A stretch of DNA of 40,000 nt. It comes from Pseudanabaena phage Pan1. The stretch lies in the sequence record ON968452.1; one strand, 5' to 3'. Positions 1-8,467 of the stretch are shown one piece after another. Within the stretch, counting starts at the first letter, position 1; every line of letters begins with the position of its first letter. The translations under genes and the position numbers were made by a program. The notes under the pieces were generated by a model. It did no database searches. It had not been told where the DNA came from and worked only from the letters and a program-made list of their open reading frames with translations.

Positions 1-1104
1 GACAACAAGATAGTCATCGAGTGCATCCAGGACTCGTTCGCATCGTCGCAGGTCGTCCTGTCTGAACCCGTCGGATCAGGCTGGCAGACTCCCACGACGC
101 AACCCTCAGACATCGTCACTCAAGACGTGATCGAGATGCCGCGCTTCATCGCGTCGCGACTCGAACTGCCTGTGGTTGACGGCAAGGAGGAGATTATCCC
201 GCTGTTCTTGAAGCCGCAGGTGTCCTCGACTGGCTTCAACATGTTCGCGGGCATCACGACGGGTGTCCTTGATACCCTGCGCGTCGAGGAGATCGAGTAT
301 CCCGCAACGGGCACGCTGCAAGCTGCCTACAACGCGTCAACGGGATTCTCGTCCGGGTTCGATGCGACCGGATTCGTGGTTCAGAACGTCGTGGGTCTGT
401 TCGAGGCTGGGACGACGGCAGAAGTTCGCGCGGCCGACGGCGGGCTCTTGTGGGTCAACGGCGAGTGGATGTCCTACGGCGGGGTCGTTGGGACGGGAAC
501 CACCGTGACCTTGACCAACATCCGGCGCGGCCTGTTCGGCTCGCGGCCGCTCGACCACGCACTCGGTACTCGCGTGTGGGCAGTCGAGCCACAGCTCTAT
601 GGTGAAGGACTCTTGGGTTCTGACCTCAACGAAGGCGCAACCGTTTTCTGGAAAGGACTCGATCGAGTCGGTCGCGTTGTGCAGGACCTCTCTGAAGTGA
701 CGCAGCAGAGCAAGACCCTGACCATCGAAGGAAACAGGCCTGCTCGCCCTCGCTACCTCGAGGTCGCGGGTGCTCGCACTCTGAACGTCACGACCGCAGT
801 CAACCGCGCGTTGACTTGGCGGCCGTCGAACCGCAACCACACTCAGGTGACGTTCGAGGACGACGCATCGCAGACACCTGCAGAGACCGAGACCTACAAC
901 GTCCAGGTCCTGTTCAATGGAGTGGTTCAGCCGGGCCTTGGCACGACGGGAGTAGTCGGCTCGACTTTCACCATCCCGTTCTCGACTCTGCCTTCACCGA
1001 CGACGGTCGCGAACGCCGAGATCCGCGTCACTGCTGTGCGGTCGAGTGACGCTCGCACGTCGCGCACCTATGCCTCGTTCCCGTTCACCGTCAACATCCC
1101 ATAA
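1..1104 (+). CDS. Phage tail / host-specificity (baseplate hub-like) protein, C-terminal part; start lies outside the window
   Basis: Frame is open from base 1 (DNKIVIECIQDSFASSQVV...). Content such as FEAGTTAEVRAADGGLLWVNGEWMSYGG and NIRRGLFGSRPLDHALGTRVW resembles phage/GTA tail host-specificity proteins. Spanin genes follow directly. Confidence 0.6.
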   Translation, partial: DNKIVIECIQDSFASSQVVLSEPVGSGWQTPTTQPSDIVTQDVIEMPRFIASRLELPVVDGKEEIIPLFLKPQVSSTGFNMFAGITTGVLDTLRVEEIEYPATGTLQAAYNASTGFSSGFDATGFVVQNVVGLFEAGTTAEVRAADGGLLWVNGEWMSYGGVVGTGTTVTLTNIRRGLFGSRPLDHALGTRVWAVEPQLYGEGLLGSDLNEGATVFWKGLDRVGRVVQDLSEVTQQSKTLTIEGNRPARPRYLEVAGARTLNVTTAVNRALTWRPSNRNHTQVTFEDDASQTPAETETYNVQVLFNGVVQPGLGTTGVVGSTFTIPFSTLPSPTTVANAEIRVTAVRSSDARTSRTYASFPFTVNIP

Positions 1105-1114
1105 GGAGGACAAC

Positions 1115-1477
1115 ATGCTGCCAGGAATTCTCGCTTTCTTCGCCCAGCGTGCGGTGCGGCGTGCGCTCCCATACGTCCTCGCAGCGCTCGCGATTCTGGG
1201 CGGGGTGTGGTGGATTGACCACCGAGCATACCAGCGCGGCTTCGACACCGCAAGCGCCGCGTTCTCTGAGGCCGCTGCTATCGAGCGGAAACGACAAGAA
1301 GACATCAACCGTCGCGCGTGGGAACGTGCTCAACGCGACATCGAGGAACTCACCCGGCAAAAGGAGGCCGCTGATGCGCTCATCGCTCAACTTCGCGTTC
1401 AAGGTCGGGAAGACCCCGATGCTGGTCGCACTGCCCTTTCTTCTGGCAGCGTGCGGCGCGTCGATTCCATCAAGTAA
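1115..1477 (+). CDS. Rz-like i-spanin
   Basis: ATG after AAGGAGG RBS; one N-terminal TM (VLAALAILGGVWWI) then a charged helical region (ERKRQEDINRRAWERAQRDIEELTRQKEAADALIAQL); overlapped by a lipoprotein ORF in another frame. Confidence 0.7.
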   Translation: MLPGILAFFAQRAVRRALPYVLAALAILGGVWWIDHRAYQRGFDTASAAFSEAAAIERKRQEDINRRAWERAQRDIEELTRQKEAADALIAQLRVQGREDPDAGRTALSSGSVRRVDSIK

Positions 1478-1709
1478 CCCGCCCGTTCTGGTTTCACCGC
1501 CTGAGACGCTGGTTCGGTCGTGCGCGAGGCCTGTTGACCTGCCCGACCGTGCGTTGAGTCAGGTCGAAGTCGAAGAACTGTGGATTCGTGATCGGCAGTC
1601 GCTCATCGCGTGCGGCCTGTCCAAGGACGCGCTCGCGCGGTACTACGCTGACCGGGATCGTGCTTTGACAGAGACCGGCGATTTCTCGTCAAGCGCCGGG
1701 CTTCCGTGA
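1419..1709 (+). CDS. Rz1-like o-spanin lipoprotein
   Basis: MLVALPFLLAACGASIPSSNPPVLVSPP: signal peptide with lipobox LAAC and a Pro-rich segment; out-of-frame overlap with the Rz-like ORF. Confidence 0.7.
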   Translation: MLVALPFLLAACGASIPSSNPPVLVSPPETLVRSCARPVDLPDRALSQVEVEELWIRDRQSLIACGLSKDALARYYADRDRALTETGDFSSSAGLP

Positions 1710-1922
1710 CACGGGCCCTATCCGCGTGGGCGCTGTGCCGGGTGGGACAGAGTGAAGGCGCTCTAGCGCGGTGACGAGTAGGACCTCGACGTGTTCCGGG
1801 ATGGTCTGTCGCCCGTTCCGGTAGTTCGAGATGGTCTGCGCGCTTTTGCGAAGGTGCGTCGCCATCTTCTGGTTCGTCCAGCCTAGGGCAGACTGCTTGT
1901 TCTTGAATTCTGCAGGGGTCAT
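1689..1922 (-). CDS. Small XRE/Cro-like helix-turn-helix DNA-binding protein
   Basis: MTPAEFKNKQSALGWTNQKMATHLRKSAQTISNYRNGRQTIPEHV has classic HTH spacing; only convincing minus-strand gene. Confidence 0.7.
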   Translation of the reverse strand: MTPAEFKNKQSALGWTNQKMATHLRKSAQTISNYRNGRQTIPEHVEVLLVTALERLHSVPPGTAPTRIGPVSRKPGA

Positions 1923-1957
1923 AGTCGCCGCCTTGGTTGCCTCGATGGATACCTAGC

Positions 1958-1970
1958 ATAACTCGCTTAT
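1958..1970. promoter_or_regulatory. Operator-like dyad ATAACTCGCTTAT (site A)
   Basis: Exact 13-mer, also found at 11045, 24489 and 27508; 36 bp upstream of the HTH start codon. Confidence 0.6.
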
Positions 1971-2011
1971 CCATGCGACCAGCAAAACAAGGTCCTCGAG
2001 GAAGCGCTCAG

Positions 2012-2141
2012 AAACTGCGTTACGCGTGCGCGAAGGCAAACTTTTCGTCCCTCGAGACCCTCGTGCAGGGTGCAGGGTTTGCAGGGTCGGTGGATGATCA
2101 TTCAGGTCGTTTCTTCTTTCGGCGTTGCATGTGCGCACGCG
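2012..2141. repeat. Regulatory/replication-like repeat module, left copy
   Basis: AAACTGCGTTACGCGTGCGCGA (2012-2033), GCAGGGT at 2065, 2072 and 2081, GGATGATCA (2092-2100), GTGCGCACGCG (2131-2141). Same elements in the same order at 37213-37400. Confidence 0.7.
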
Positions 2142-2182
2142 TTCGCCTACGTTCTGCATCTACCAACCAACGGAGCCCCTGA

Positions 2183-3031
2183 ATGACCACCCTCATCTGG
2201 AATCCCGACGTCTTCGTGATGGGTCAGACGCAGTTCGATGCGGACGGCCTTGAGTCGTGGATGCAACTGAACGCGCTCGAGCAGCACATGCTGCCGGACG
2301 CAGGATCGCCGCTGTCGGCCTTGTGGGCAGACGTCAACGACGACTTCGCCCTGGAACGCATGATCGAGTTCGGCGGCCGTCACTGCTACCGTTCCTGGGC
2401 CGAGGGACGCGACCGACACGCCTACATCCGGAACATCATCGAGATGGAACACGGGTCGGTGCTCGAGCATTCCTCCTTGAACCTTGCGATCCAGGGCGTC
2501 TCGCGCAGCCTGTCGCATGAACTCGTCCGCCACCGCGTGGGTGTCGCGATCTCGCAGGAGTCGCAGCGCTACGTCGATGCGAAAGACATCAAGTTCGTCG
2601 TCCCGCCTCTGGTGTCTTACGTCGCGGGCGGTGCGTTCACCGTCGGCACGGGCGGCTCTATCGACCGGTTCATCACCGAGTGCGAGATTGCCCGCGCGGC
2701 CTACCAGCGACTTCAGGAGTCGCTCATTGAGCAGCTGGTCGCCAAGTCGCCCAACGTCAAGTCCCTGACCATGGTCAAGAAGCGTGCGAACGAAGCGGCG
2801 CGTGCGCATCTGCCCAACGCAGCCGAGACGCGGTTCCTGTGGTCGCCCAACATGCGCCTCCTGCGCCACTTCTTGTGGCTGCGCGGCGGCTCAGGTGCTG
2901 ACCTCGAGATCCGGCGCCTCGCCGTCCTCCTGCTCGACATCGCGAAGTCGAAAGCGCCCGCCATCTTCGCGGACATGACGACCTCGCCTGGCGAGTATGG
3001 CGTCCCGGTCATCGTGTCCGCGGAGTCCTGA
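2183..3031 (+). CDS. thyX: Flavin-dependent thymidylate synthase
   Basis: GGRHCYRSW and RHRVGVAISQESQRY, a ThyX-like RHR...S..RY signature; overall ThyX-like length and context. Confidence 0.85.
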   Translation: MTTLIWNPDVFVMGQTQFDADGLESWMQLNALEQHMLPDAGSPLSALWADVNDDFALERMIEFGGRHCYRSWAEGRDRHAYIRNIIEMEHGSVLEHSSLNLAIQGVSRSLSHELVRHRVGVAISQESQRYVDAKDIKFVVPPLVSYVAGGAFTVGTGGSIDRFITECEIARAAYQRLQESLIEQLVAKSPNVKSLTMVKKRANEAARAHLPNAAETRFLWSPNMRLLRHFLWLRGGSGADLEIRRLAVLLLDIAKSKAPAIFADMTTSPGEYGVPVIVSAES

Positions 3032-3033
3032 TC

Positions 3034-4806
3034 ATGGTCGAGGTCCTGGTAGAAAACTCCTGGGGTGTCGTCGAGGGCCTCGACTACGACGCGTCGCGGT
3101 CACTCGGTGATCGTTTAAACACCGAGATCCAGTTCCAGGGCGTGCGGCTGCGGTTCAAGCCGACGCGCTATGCCCTGGACCTTCTCGTCAAGGAATTTGG
3201 GCGCGATGCGTTCCATCCTGGATGCAGGTTCGCTTGGGCTCACTTCTACCGTGAGCAACCCAAGCAGGAAGTCGAGTTTGACTTCGTGTCGAACCCCTAC
3301 GCACACCAGCGCGAGTGGTGGTCGATCATCAAGGACATGGAGTACTTCGCCCTTGAGTGGGAGATGGGCCTCGGCAAGTCGAAGACGATCCTCGACGTCT
3401 GCCAGTGGGCCTATGCGAAGGGCGAACTCGACGGCCTCCTGGTCATCACCCTGAAAGGCGTCCACCGCAAGTGGATCGAGAAGGAACTGCCCGATCACTT
3501 CCCGCGAGGCAAGTGGCATGGGGCCTTCTGGAACTCGGCTGTCGTGGACAACGGCATGTGGTTTGGCCCCAACTCGCGCTCGCGCCAGCCCCTGGTCAAG
3601 TCTGACCGGTTCGCCGTCGCCTCGATCAACTTCGAGAGCGTGCATCGCGCGGCGGGACTCAAGTTCTGCGAGCGGTTCCTGCGTTCGCGCAAGGCTGGCA
3701 TCGTGATCGACGAGTCGCAGCACATCAAGACACCGTCGGCCGCGACGACCAAGGCGGTCATGAAACTCGGCAAGATGGCACACCGTCGCTGGATCACGAC
3801 CGGCACGATGTCGACTGGCTCGACGCTCGACGCGTGGTCCCAATACACGTTCCTGGACCCGAAGATCGTGGACGGTATGCCTTACCACGCGTTCAAGGCC
3901 GAGTTCGCCATTCAGGAGCAGGTCGGGGACAAGACGTTCGAGACCTGGGAAAAGGACCCTCGCACGGGCAAGTCGCGCAAGGTCGAGAAGCCGGTCATGA
4001 CTGTCGTCGGGTTCAAGAACGAGGACAAGCTCCGCGCGATGCTCGACCCGTATCGGTCGCGCCTGCTGAAGGCCGACTGTCTCGACCTGCCGGAGAAGCT
4101 CTACCGGATGCGCTCGTTCGAGATGTCGGACAACATGCGCAAGGCCTACATGCAGATGTCCAAGGACTTCCTTGCCGAGTTCGCAGGCGGTCGCACGATG
4201 ACCGCCTCGATGGCGATGGTCAAGCTGGTGCGCCTGCAGCAGATCGCGTGTGGGTTCTGGGTGCCTGACGATGCGGACCCGATGGCCGAGGACGTGGTGG
4301 GCGAACCGCTCGACGACAAGAACCCGCGCATCGAGGCCCTGATGCAGGAAGTCGAGAAGATCAACGGCATGGGTATCATCTGGTCCTACAAGCGGTACTC
4401 GCTGCGCGAGATCGCAAAGGCGCTGCGCGAGGCCTACGGTTCGTCGTCCGTCGTCGAGTACCACGGCGGTGTCTCATCCGAGGACAAGGCGCGCAACCTG
4501 CGCACGTTCCAGGAGATGAACTGCCGCTGGTTCGTCGGCAACCCGCAATCGGGCGGGACGGGCATCGACCTCGTCCAGGCCCAGGACATGATTTACTATG
4601 ACAACTCCTTCAACCTGGCACTGCGCCTCCAGTCGGAGGACCGGTTCCATCGCATCGGACAGGAAGGTTCCTCATGCACCATCACTGACATCGAGTGCCT
4701 TGGCACCATCGACCGGCCCCAGCTTCGGGCCCTGAAAGAGAAGCGCGACGTCTCGGCAGCGGTTTCAGGCGACATCCTGAAGTCATGGTTGACCGAAGCC
4801 GTCTAA
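3034..4806 (+). CDS. SNF2/DEAD-box family helicase
   Basis: Walker A-like EMGLGKSKTILDV, DESQ box (GIVIDESQH), C-terminal GTGIDLVQA and QSEDRFHRIGQ motif VI. Confidence 0.85.
   Translation: MVEVLVENSWGVVEGLDYDASRSLGDRLNTEIQFQGVRLRFKPTRYALDLLVKEFGRDAFHPGCRFAWAHFYREQPKQEVEFDFVSNPYAHQREWWSIIKDMEYFALEWEMGLGKSKTILDVCQWAYAKGELDGLLVITLKGVHRKWIEKELPDHFPRGKWHGAFWNSAVVDNGMWFGPNSRSRQPLVKSDRFAVASINFESVHRAAGLKFCERFLRSRKAGIVIDESQHIKTPSAATTKAVMKLGKMAHRRWITTGTMSTGSTLDAWSQYTFLDPKIVDGMPYHAFKAEFAIQEQVGDKTFETWEKDPRTGKSRKVEKPVMTVVGFKNEDKLRAMLDPYRSRLLKADCLDLPEKLYRMRSFEMSDNMRKAYMQMSKDFLAEFAGGRTMTASMAMVKLVRLQQIACGFWVPDDADPMAEDVVGEPLDDKNPRIEALMQEVEKINGMGIIWSYKRYSLREIAKALREAYGSSSVVEYHGGVSSEDKARNLRTFQEMNCRWFVGNPQSGGTGIDLVQAQDMIYYDNSFNLALRLQSEDRFHRIGQEGSSCTITDIECLGTIDRPQLRALKEKRDVSAAVSGDILKSWLTEAV
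3112..3121. promoter_or_regulatory. CGTTTAAACA palindrome site 1
   Basis: In helicase CDS; CGT-TTA-AAC = R-L-N. Confidence 0.6.
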
Positions 4807-4840
4807 GCCCCTATGATCACCCGTACTAACGGAGAAAGAA

Positions 4841-5209
4841 ATGCCCAAGGTTTTCATCGTCAACGAACCGGACGAGTCCCGCGTTCCCGCGGGTCGCGCG
4901 TCGTGGGACACATCGCCTGCTGCCTTCTTCGGGGAGCTCGTCTATGTGTTCACCGCGGACAACCCGCCGCCTGTTCGCGACCGTGAAGCAGCCTTCGCGC
5001 GTGCGCACGAAGTCCTGAGTCAGGCAACACCCAACGACTTCCTCGTATGGGCGGGCGGTGACCCGTTTGGCATGGTGATCGCCGCGGCAGTCCTTGCGGA
5101 CTACACCGACGGTCAGTTCACCTATCTCATGTGGGACCGCATGGCGCGGTCCTACGCGCCGGTCCCTGTGGACCTGTTTCCTGACAACGGAGAAGACGAA
5201 GATGAGTGA
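4841..5209 (+). CDS. Hypothetical protein
   Basis: ATG with upstream AACGGAGAAAG RBS; good operon context. Confidence 0.5.
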   Translation: MPKVFIVNEPDESRVPAGRASWDTSPAAFFGELVYVFTADNPPPVRDREAAFARAHEVLSQATPNDFLVWAGGDPFGMVIAAAVLADYTDGQFTYLMWDRMARSYAPVPVDLFPDNGEDEDE

Positions 5210-5744
5210 TCTCGACGAACTCGCCGCCGCAGGCGAGGAAACCAACGTGGTCGACCTGAAGGCGATCACCGCGCTCGCGCACAAGATGCTCGAGCTGGAA
5301 GCTGACGTTGCACGCAAGACCGAGGACCTGAAGAAGGCCACCGAGGCGCTGCGCAAGGTCCAGGAAGGCGATCTGCCCGCGGCGATGAAGGCCGCAGGCA
5401 TGACCACCTTCGGCCTCGACAACGGGATGACCGTTGGTTACGAGGAGGATCTCAAGATCTCTGTGCCGAAGGCACGCAAGGCCGCTGTGATCGAGAAGAT
5501 GAAGGAGTGGGGATACGCCGCGAACGTGTCGAACACTGTGACCATCGACCTCGGCAAGGGCAATGACAACGCGGTGAAGGCCCTGAAGGCGACCGCGGAA
5601 GAAATGGGCGTCGAAGTCGTGGTCGAGGAGGACATTCCGTCGGGCACGGTCAAGAAAGCGCTCAGGAAGCGCGCCGAGGAGGGCAAGTCTGACGACCTCG
5701 CCTTCTTCGGGGCATTCTCGTTCACCAAGGCAACGGTGAAGTAA
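5202..5744 (+). CDS. Hypothetical coiled-coil phage protein upstream of the SSB-like gene
   Basis: Overlaps the preceding gene; N-terminal coiled-coil-like segment. Confidence 0.6.
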   Translation: MSDLDELAAAGEETNVVDLKAITALAHKMLELEADVARKTEDLKKATEALRKVQEGDLPAAMKAAGMTTFGLDNGMTVGYEEDLKISVPKARKAAVIEKMKEWGYAANVSNTVTIDLGKGNDNAVKALKATAEEMGVEVVVEEDIPSGTVKKALRKRAEEGKSDDLAFFGAFSFTKATVK

Positions 5745-5768
5745 CCAGCCTGACAAGGAGACACATCC

Positions 5769-6641
5769 ATGGCTGACACGAAGACGAAGACGGAAGTCGC
5801 GAAGGCGAAGGACGCGCAGCTCCCCGCCGAGTTCCTCGACGAACTGGCAGATGCCGGTCAGGAGCATCAGGAGGCCCTCGGCAAGGACGACATGTCCATT
5901 CCGTTCCTCCAGATCCTGCAGCAGCTGTCGCCGCAGTGCACGAAGGGCAAGCCCGAGTTCATCAAGGGTGCTGAGCCGTCGGACCTGTTCAACACGGTGA
6001 CCCAGGCGCTGTTCAAGACCCGGGACGACAACGACAACCCGGTCGAGGCGATGCGGATCCTGCCGATCCACTACAAGCGGTCCTTCATCGAATGGATCCC
6101 GCGTGCGAAGGGCGGCGGTATCGTGAAGGAATACTCGGTCGAAGAAGGCCTGTCCATCGTCACCGCTCGGAACGAGCTGAACCAGGACATCATCCAGGAA
6201 GGGTCGCCCCTCGGCACGCCGGGCAACCAGCTGAATGACACCCACACCCACTTCGCCTTCCAGATCCTGGAAGACGGGTCGTGGACCCCGATCATCCTGA
6301 CCATGTCCTCGACGCAGATCAAGCCGTCGAAGGACCTGAACAACCTGGTGTCCAACGTCAAGCTGCCTGACGGCCGCAAGGCGCCTCGCTTCTTCGGCAT
6401 CTATTCGGTGACGACGCAGCAGCGCACCAACGACCAGGGATCCTGGTACGTCTGGAAGTTCGAGAAGGTGGACGACGTGCTGAACGCGAACCGGATGGAC
6501 ATGTTCCGCGACGCCAAGGCCTTCATCGAAGGCATCAAGGCAGGCGAGCACAAGGCCGACTACTCGAAGATGGCCGGTGACGAGAACCCGTCGACCGAAG
6601 GCGCGCCCAAGGGCGGCAAGGACGACGAAGTCCCGTTCTGA
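5769..6641 (+). CDS. Putative single-stranded DNA-binding protein
   Basis: Acidic C-terminal tail ...KGGKDDEVPF resembles the SSB tail (DDDIPF); lies next to the primase and helicase genes. Confidence 0.5.
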   Translation: MADTKTKTEVAKAKDAQLPAEFLDELADAGQEHQEALGKDDMSIPFLQILQQLSPQCTKGKPEFIKGAEPSDLFNTVTQALFKTRDDNDNPVEAMRILPIHYKRSFIEWIPRAKGGGIVKEYSVEEGLSIVTARNELNQDIIQEGSPLGTPGNQLNDTHTHFAFQILEDGSWTPIILTMSSTQIKPSKDLNNLVSNVKLPDGRKAPRFFGIYSVTTQQRTNDQGSWYVWKFEKVDDVLNANRMDMFRDAKAFIEGIKAGEHKADYSKMAGDENPSTEGAPKGGKDDEVPF

Positions 6642-6662
6642 TCGAACGCGAGCGCGAAACCA

Positions 6663-6688
6663 GGCGGGCCGTTTAAACGCGGCCCGCC
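6663..6688 (+). terminator. Strong GC hairpin whose loop contains GTTTAAAC
   Basis: GGCGGGCC-GTTTAAACGC-GGCCCGCC in the gap after the SSB-like gene; no clear T-tract. Confidence 0.5.
6670..6679. promoter_or_regulatory. CGTTTAAACG palindrome site 2
   Basis: Intergenic, in a hairpin loop. Confidence 0.6.
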
Positions 6689-6709
6689 GCTCACTGACAG
6701 GAGAGAAAA

Positions 6710-8467
6710 GTGAGTAACGCGGAAAGGTTCGCTCGGCTGTTCAGGGGCTTCACTGCACGGTACGGGCGCTATGACATCACGGGCGAGGCGACGCCTGAGC
6801 AGAAAGTCGCCGGGAAAGCAAGAACGGTCGATGAGGAAATAACGGACAAGGACTACGCTGACCACGTCGCGGGACGTGTCGGTATTGGGGTGATCCCCCT
6901 GAAAGCGGACAACACGGTCAACTTCGCTGCCATTGACATCGACGTCTATAAGCAGGCTGACCAGGAAAAGCGCAAGCTGACTCACTCGGACATCGCCCTC
7001 GCACTTCGCGAGACGCCCTTGATCGTCACGAAGTCGAAGTCAGGTGGCATCCATGTGTGGCTGTTCTCGGCCGATGGCGTGTCCGCGCGACTCGCGACCG
7101 ATTACCTGCAGTCGTGGGCCGCGCACCTCGGCGTCTCAGGCACTGAAGTGTTCCCGAAACAGACGGAACGCGCGTCTGACGACGACGTGGGCAACTGGAT
7201 CAACCTGCCCTACTTCGGGTCGTCGCGTCGCGCGGTGATCCCGAACAAGGTCGGCACCGTCTTCGAGTTCATCGAGGCCGACCTCGACACGTTCCTGCTC
7301 GTCGCAGAGCACGCGAGCGCTGAGGTCACCGACGACTGGCTGATCGAGAACACCAAGCTGCCCGTGTCCCAGCGAGAGACCGGGGAGACGACGGAAGAGT
7401 GGTTCGATGGCCCTCCCTGCCTTCAGGCGCTCATCGTGGGCCACCCTGAACGTCGGAAGAAAATCGAGCAGGACTTCAAGGCGGGCAAGATCACCGAGGA
7501 CCAGCGAGACAAGCAGCTGAACTTCACCCTGCCGCAGCTGTCTGAAGGCGCTCGCGACATTACCTTCTTCAACGCGGCGATCTACCTTCGTCGTCGCCTC
7601 AGCCCGCATGACCCTGACGCAGCGCTCGAAGGTGAAGACAAGACTCAGCTCCTGAAGGACCTCGAACGCGCCCACGACACCTGGGGTCGTCGTCTGTTCG
7701 GTGAGGAGTCTTGGAGCCCGAAAGGCGCGCCTGCGTCACTCGGCATCGCGAACGACCTGCCGCGCATCGCGAAGCAGGGGTCCAAAGGCAAGTGGGGCTA
7801 CGCCTGCACGAAGGAGCCGTTGAAGTCGTTCTGCAACCGTCGCCTGTGCATGAAGCGCAAGTTCGGGATCGGTACCGCGATCAACGACACCTCGGTCGCC
7901 ATCACGGGGTTCACCATCGTGAACACCGAGGACAAGCAGTACTATATGACCATCGGTGACAAGCGCATCCATATCCCGGACGTCGCGACGCTCTTGTCTC
8001 AGTCGGAGTTTGGACGCATCGTAACCAACGCGACGAACCGCGTCTGGATCCCGATGCAGGACACCCAGTACCGGAAGATGATGGACGAGCTGCTGCAGAA
8101 CGCGGACGAGATCGACGGACCGCCCGACGCTGACCGCAGGTCGATGCTGCTCAACGCGCTGCGTGACTTCGTCTACTCGAAGAAAATCGAACGAGGCAAG
8201 AACGACTCGTCGATGTTCTCGGGTCGCGTGCTCTGGAGCGCAGACGAGACCGAGGCCTGGTTCAAGTTCGACCAGTTCATCACCTTCATCCGTGCCCGTG
8301 GGTTGCAGTACAAGGAGAACGTCGTCGCGTCGATGCTGACGCAAGACTTCTCTGTCCTCGCACGAGGCAACACTGAAGTCGCTGGGCGCCAGGTTCGCCC
8401 CTACGTCGTGAACCTGAAGCGCCTCAACGACTTGATCTCGGACGAGGGCTCGGATGGGGAGGCTTAA
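6710..8467 (+). CDS. Archaeo-eukaryotic primase (AEP/prim-pol-like, TOTE-type)
   Basis: NFAAIDIDVYK (DxD metal motif), SKSGGIHVWLF (sxGxH-like), followed by NLPYF; resembles the AEP domain of TOTE-type proteins. Confidence 0.75.
   Translation: MSNAERFARLFRGFTARYGRYDITGEATPEQKVAGKARTVDEEITDKDYADHVAGRVGIGVIPLKADNTVNFAAIDIDVYKQADQEKRKLTHSDIALALRETPLIVTKSKSGGIHVWLFSADGVSARLATDYLQSWAAHLGVSGTEVFPKQTERASDDDVGNWINLPYFGSSRRAVIPNKVGTVFEFIEADLDTFLLVAEHASAEVTDDWLIENTKLPVSQRETGETTEEWFDGPPCLQALIVGHPERRKKIEQDFKAGKITEDQRDKQLNFTLPQLSEGARDITFFNAAIYLRRRLSPHDPDAALEGEDKTQLLKDLERAHDTWGRRLFGEESWSPKGAPASLGIANDLPRIAKQGSKGKWGYACTKEPLKSFCNRRLCMKRKFGIGTAINDTSVAITGFTIVNTEDKQYYMTIGDKRIHIPDVATLLSQSEFGRIVTNATNRVWIPMQDTQYRKMMDELLQNADEIDGPPDADRRSMLLNALRDFVYSKKIERGKNDSSMFSGRVLWSADETEAWFKFDQFITFIRARGLQYKENVVASMLTQDFSVLARGNTEVAGRQVRPYVVNLKRLNDLISDEGSDGEA

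Noticed and set aside
1689-1922. HTH protein as proof of a temperate lifestyle
   Set aside because: No integrase, excisionase or partition genes recognised here, so lysogeny is not supported.
3115-4464. Long minus-strand ORF opposite the SNF2-like helicase
   Set aside because: Antisense shadow of a well-supported gene in a GC-rich genome; Arg/His-rich composition and no credible motif.
5127-6551. Long minus-strand ORF opposite the SSB-like gene and neighbour
   Set aside because: Antisense shadow; no recognisable domain or RBS.
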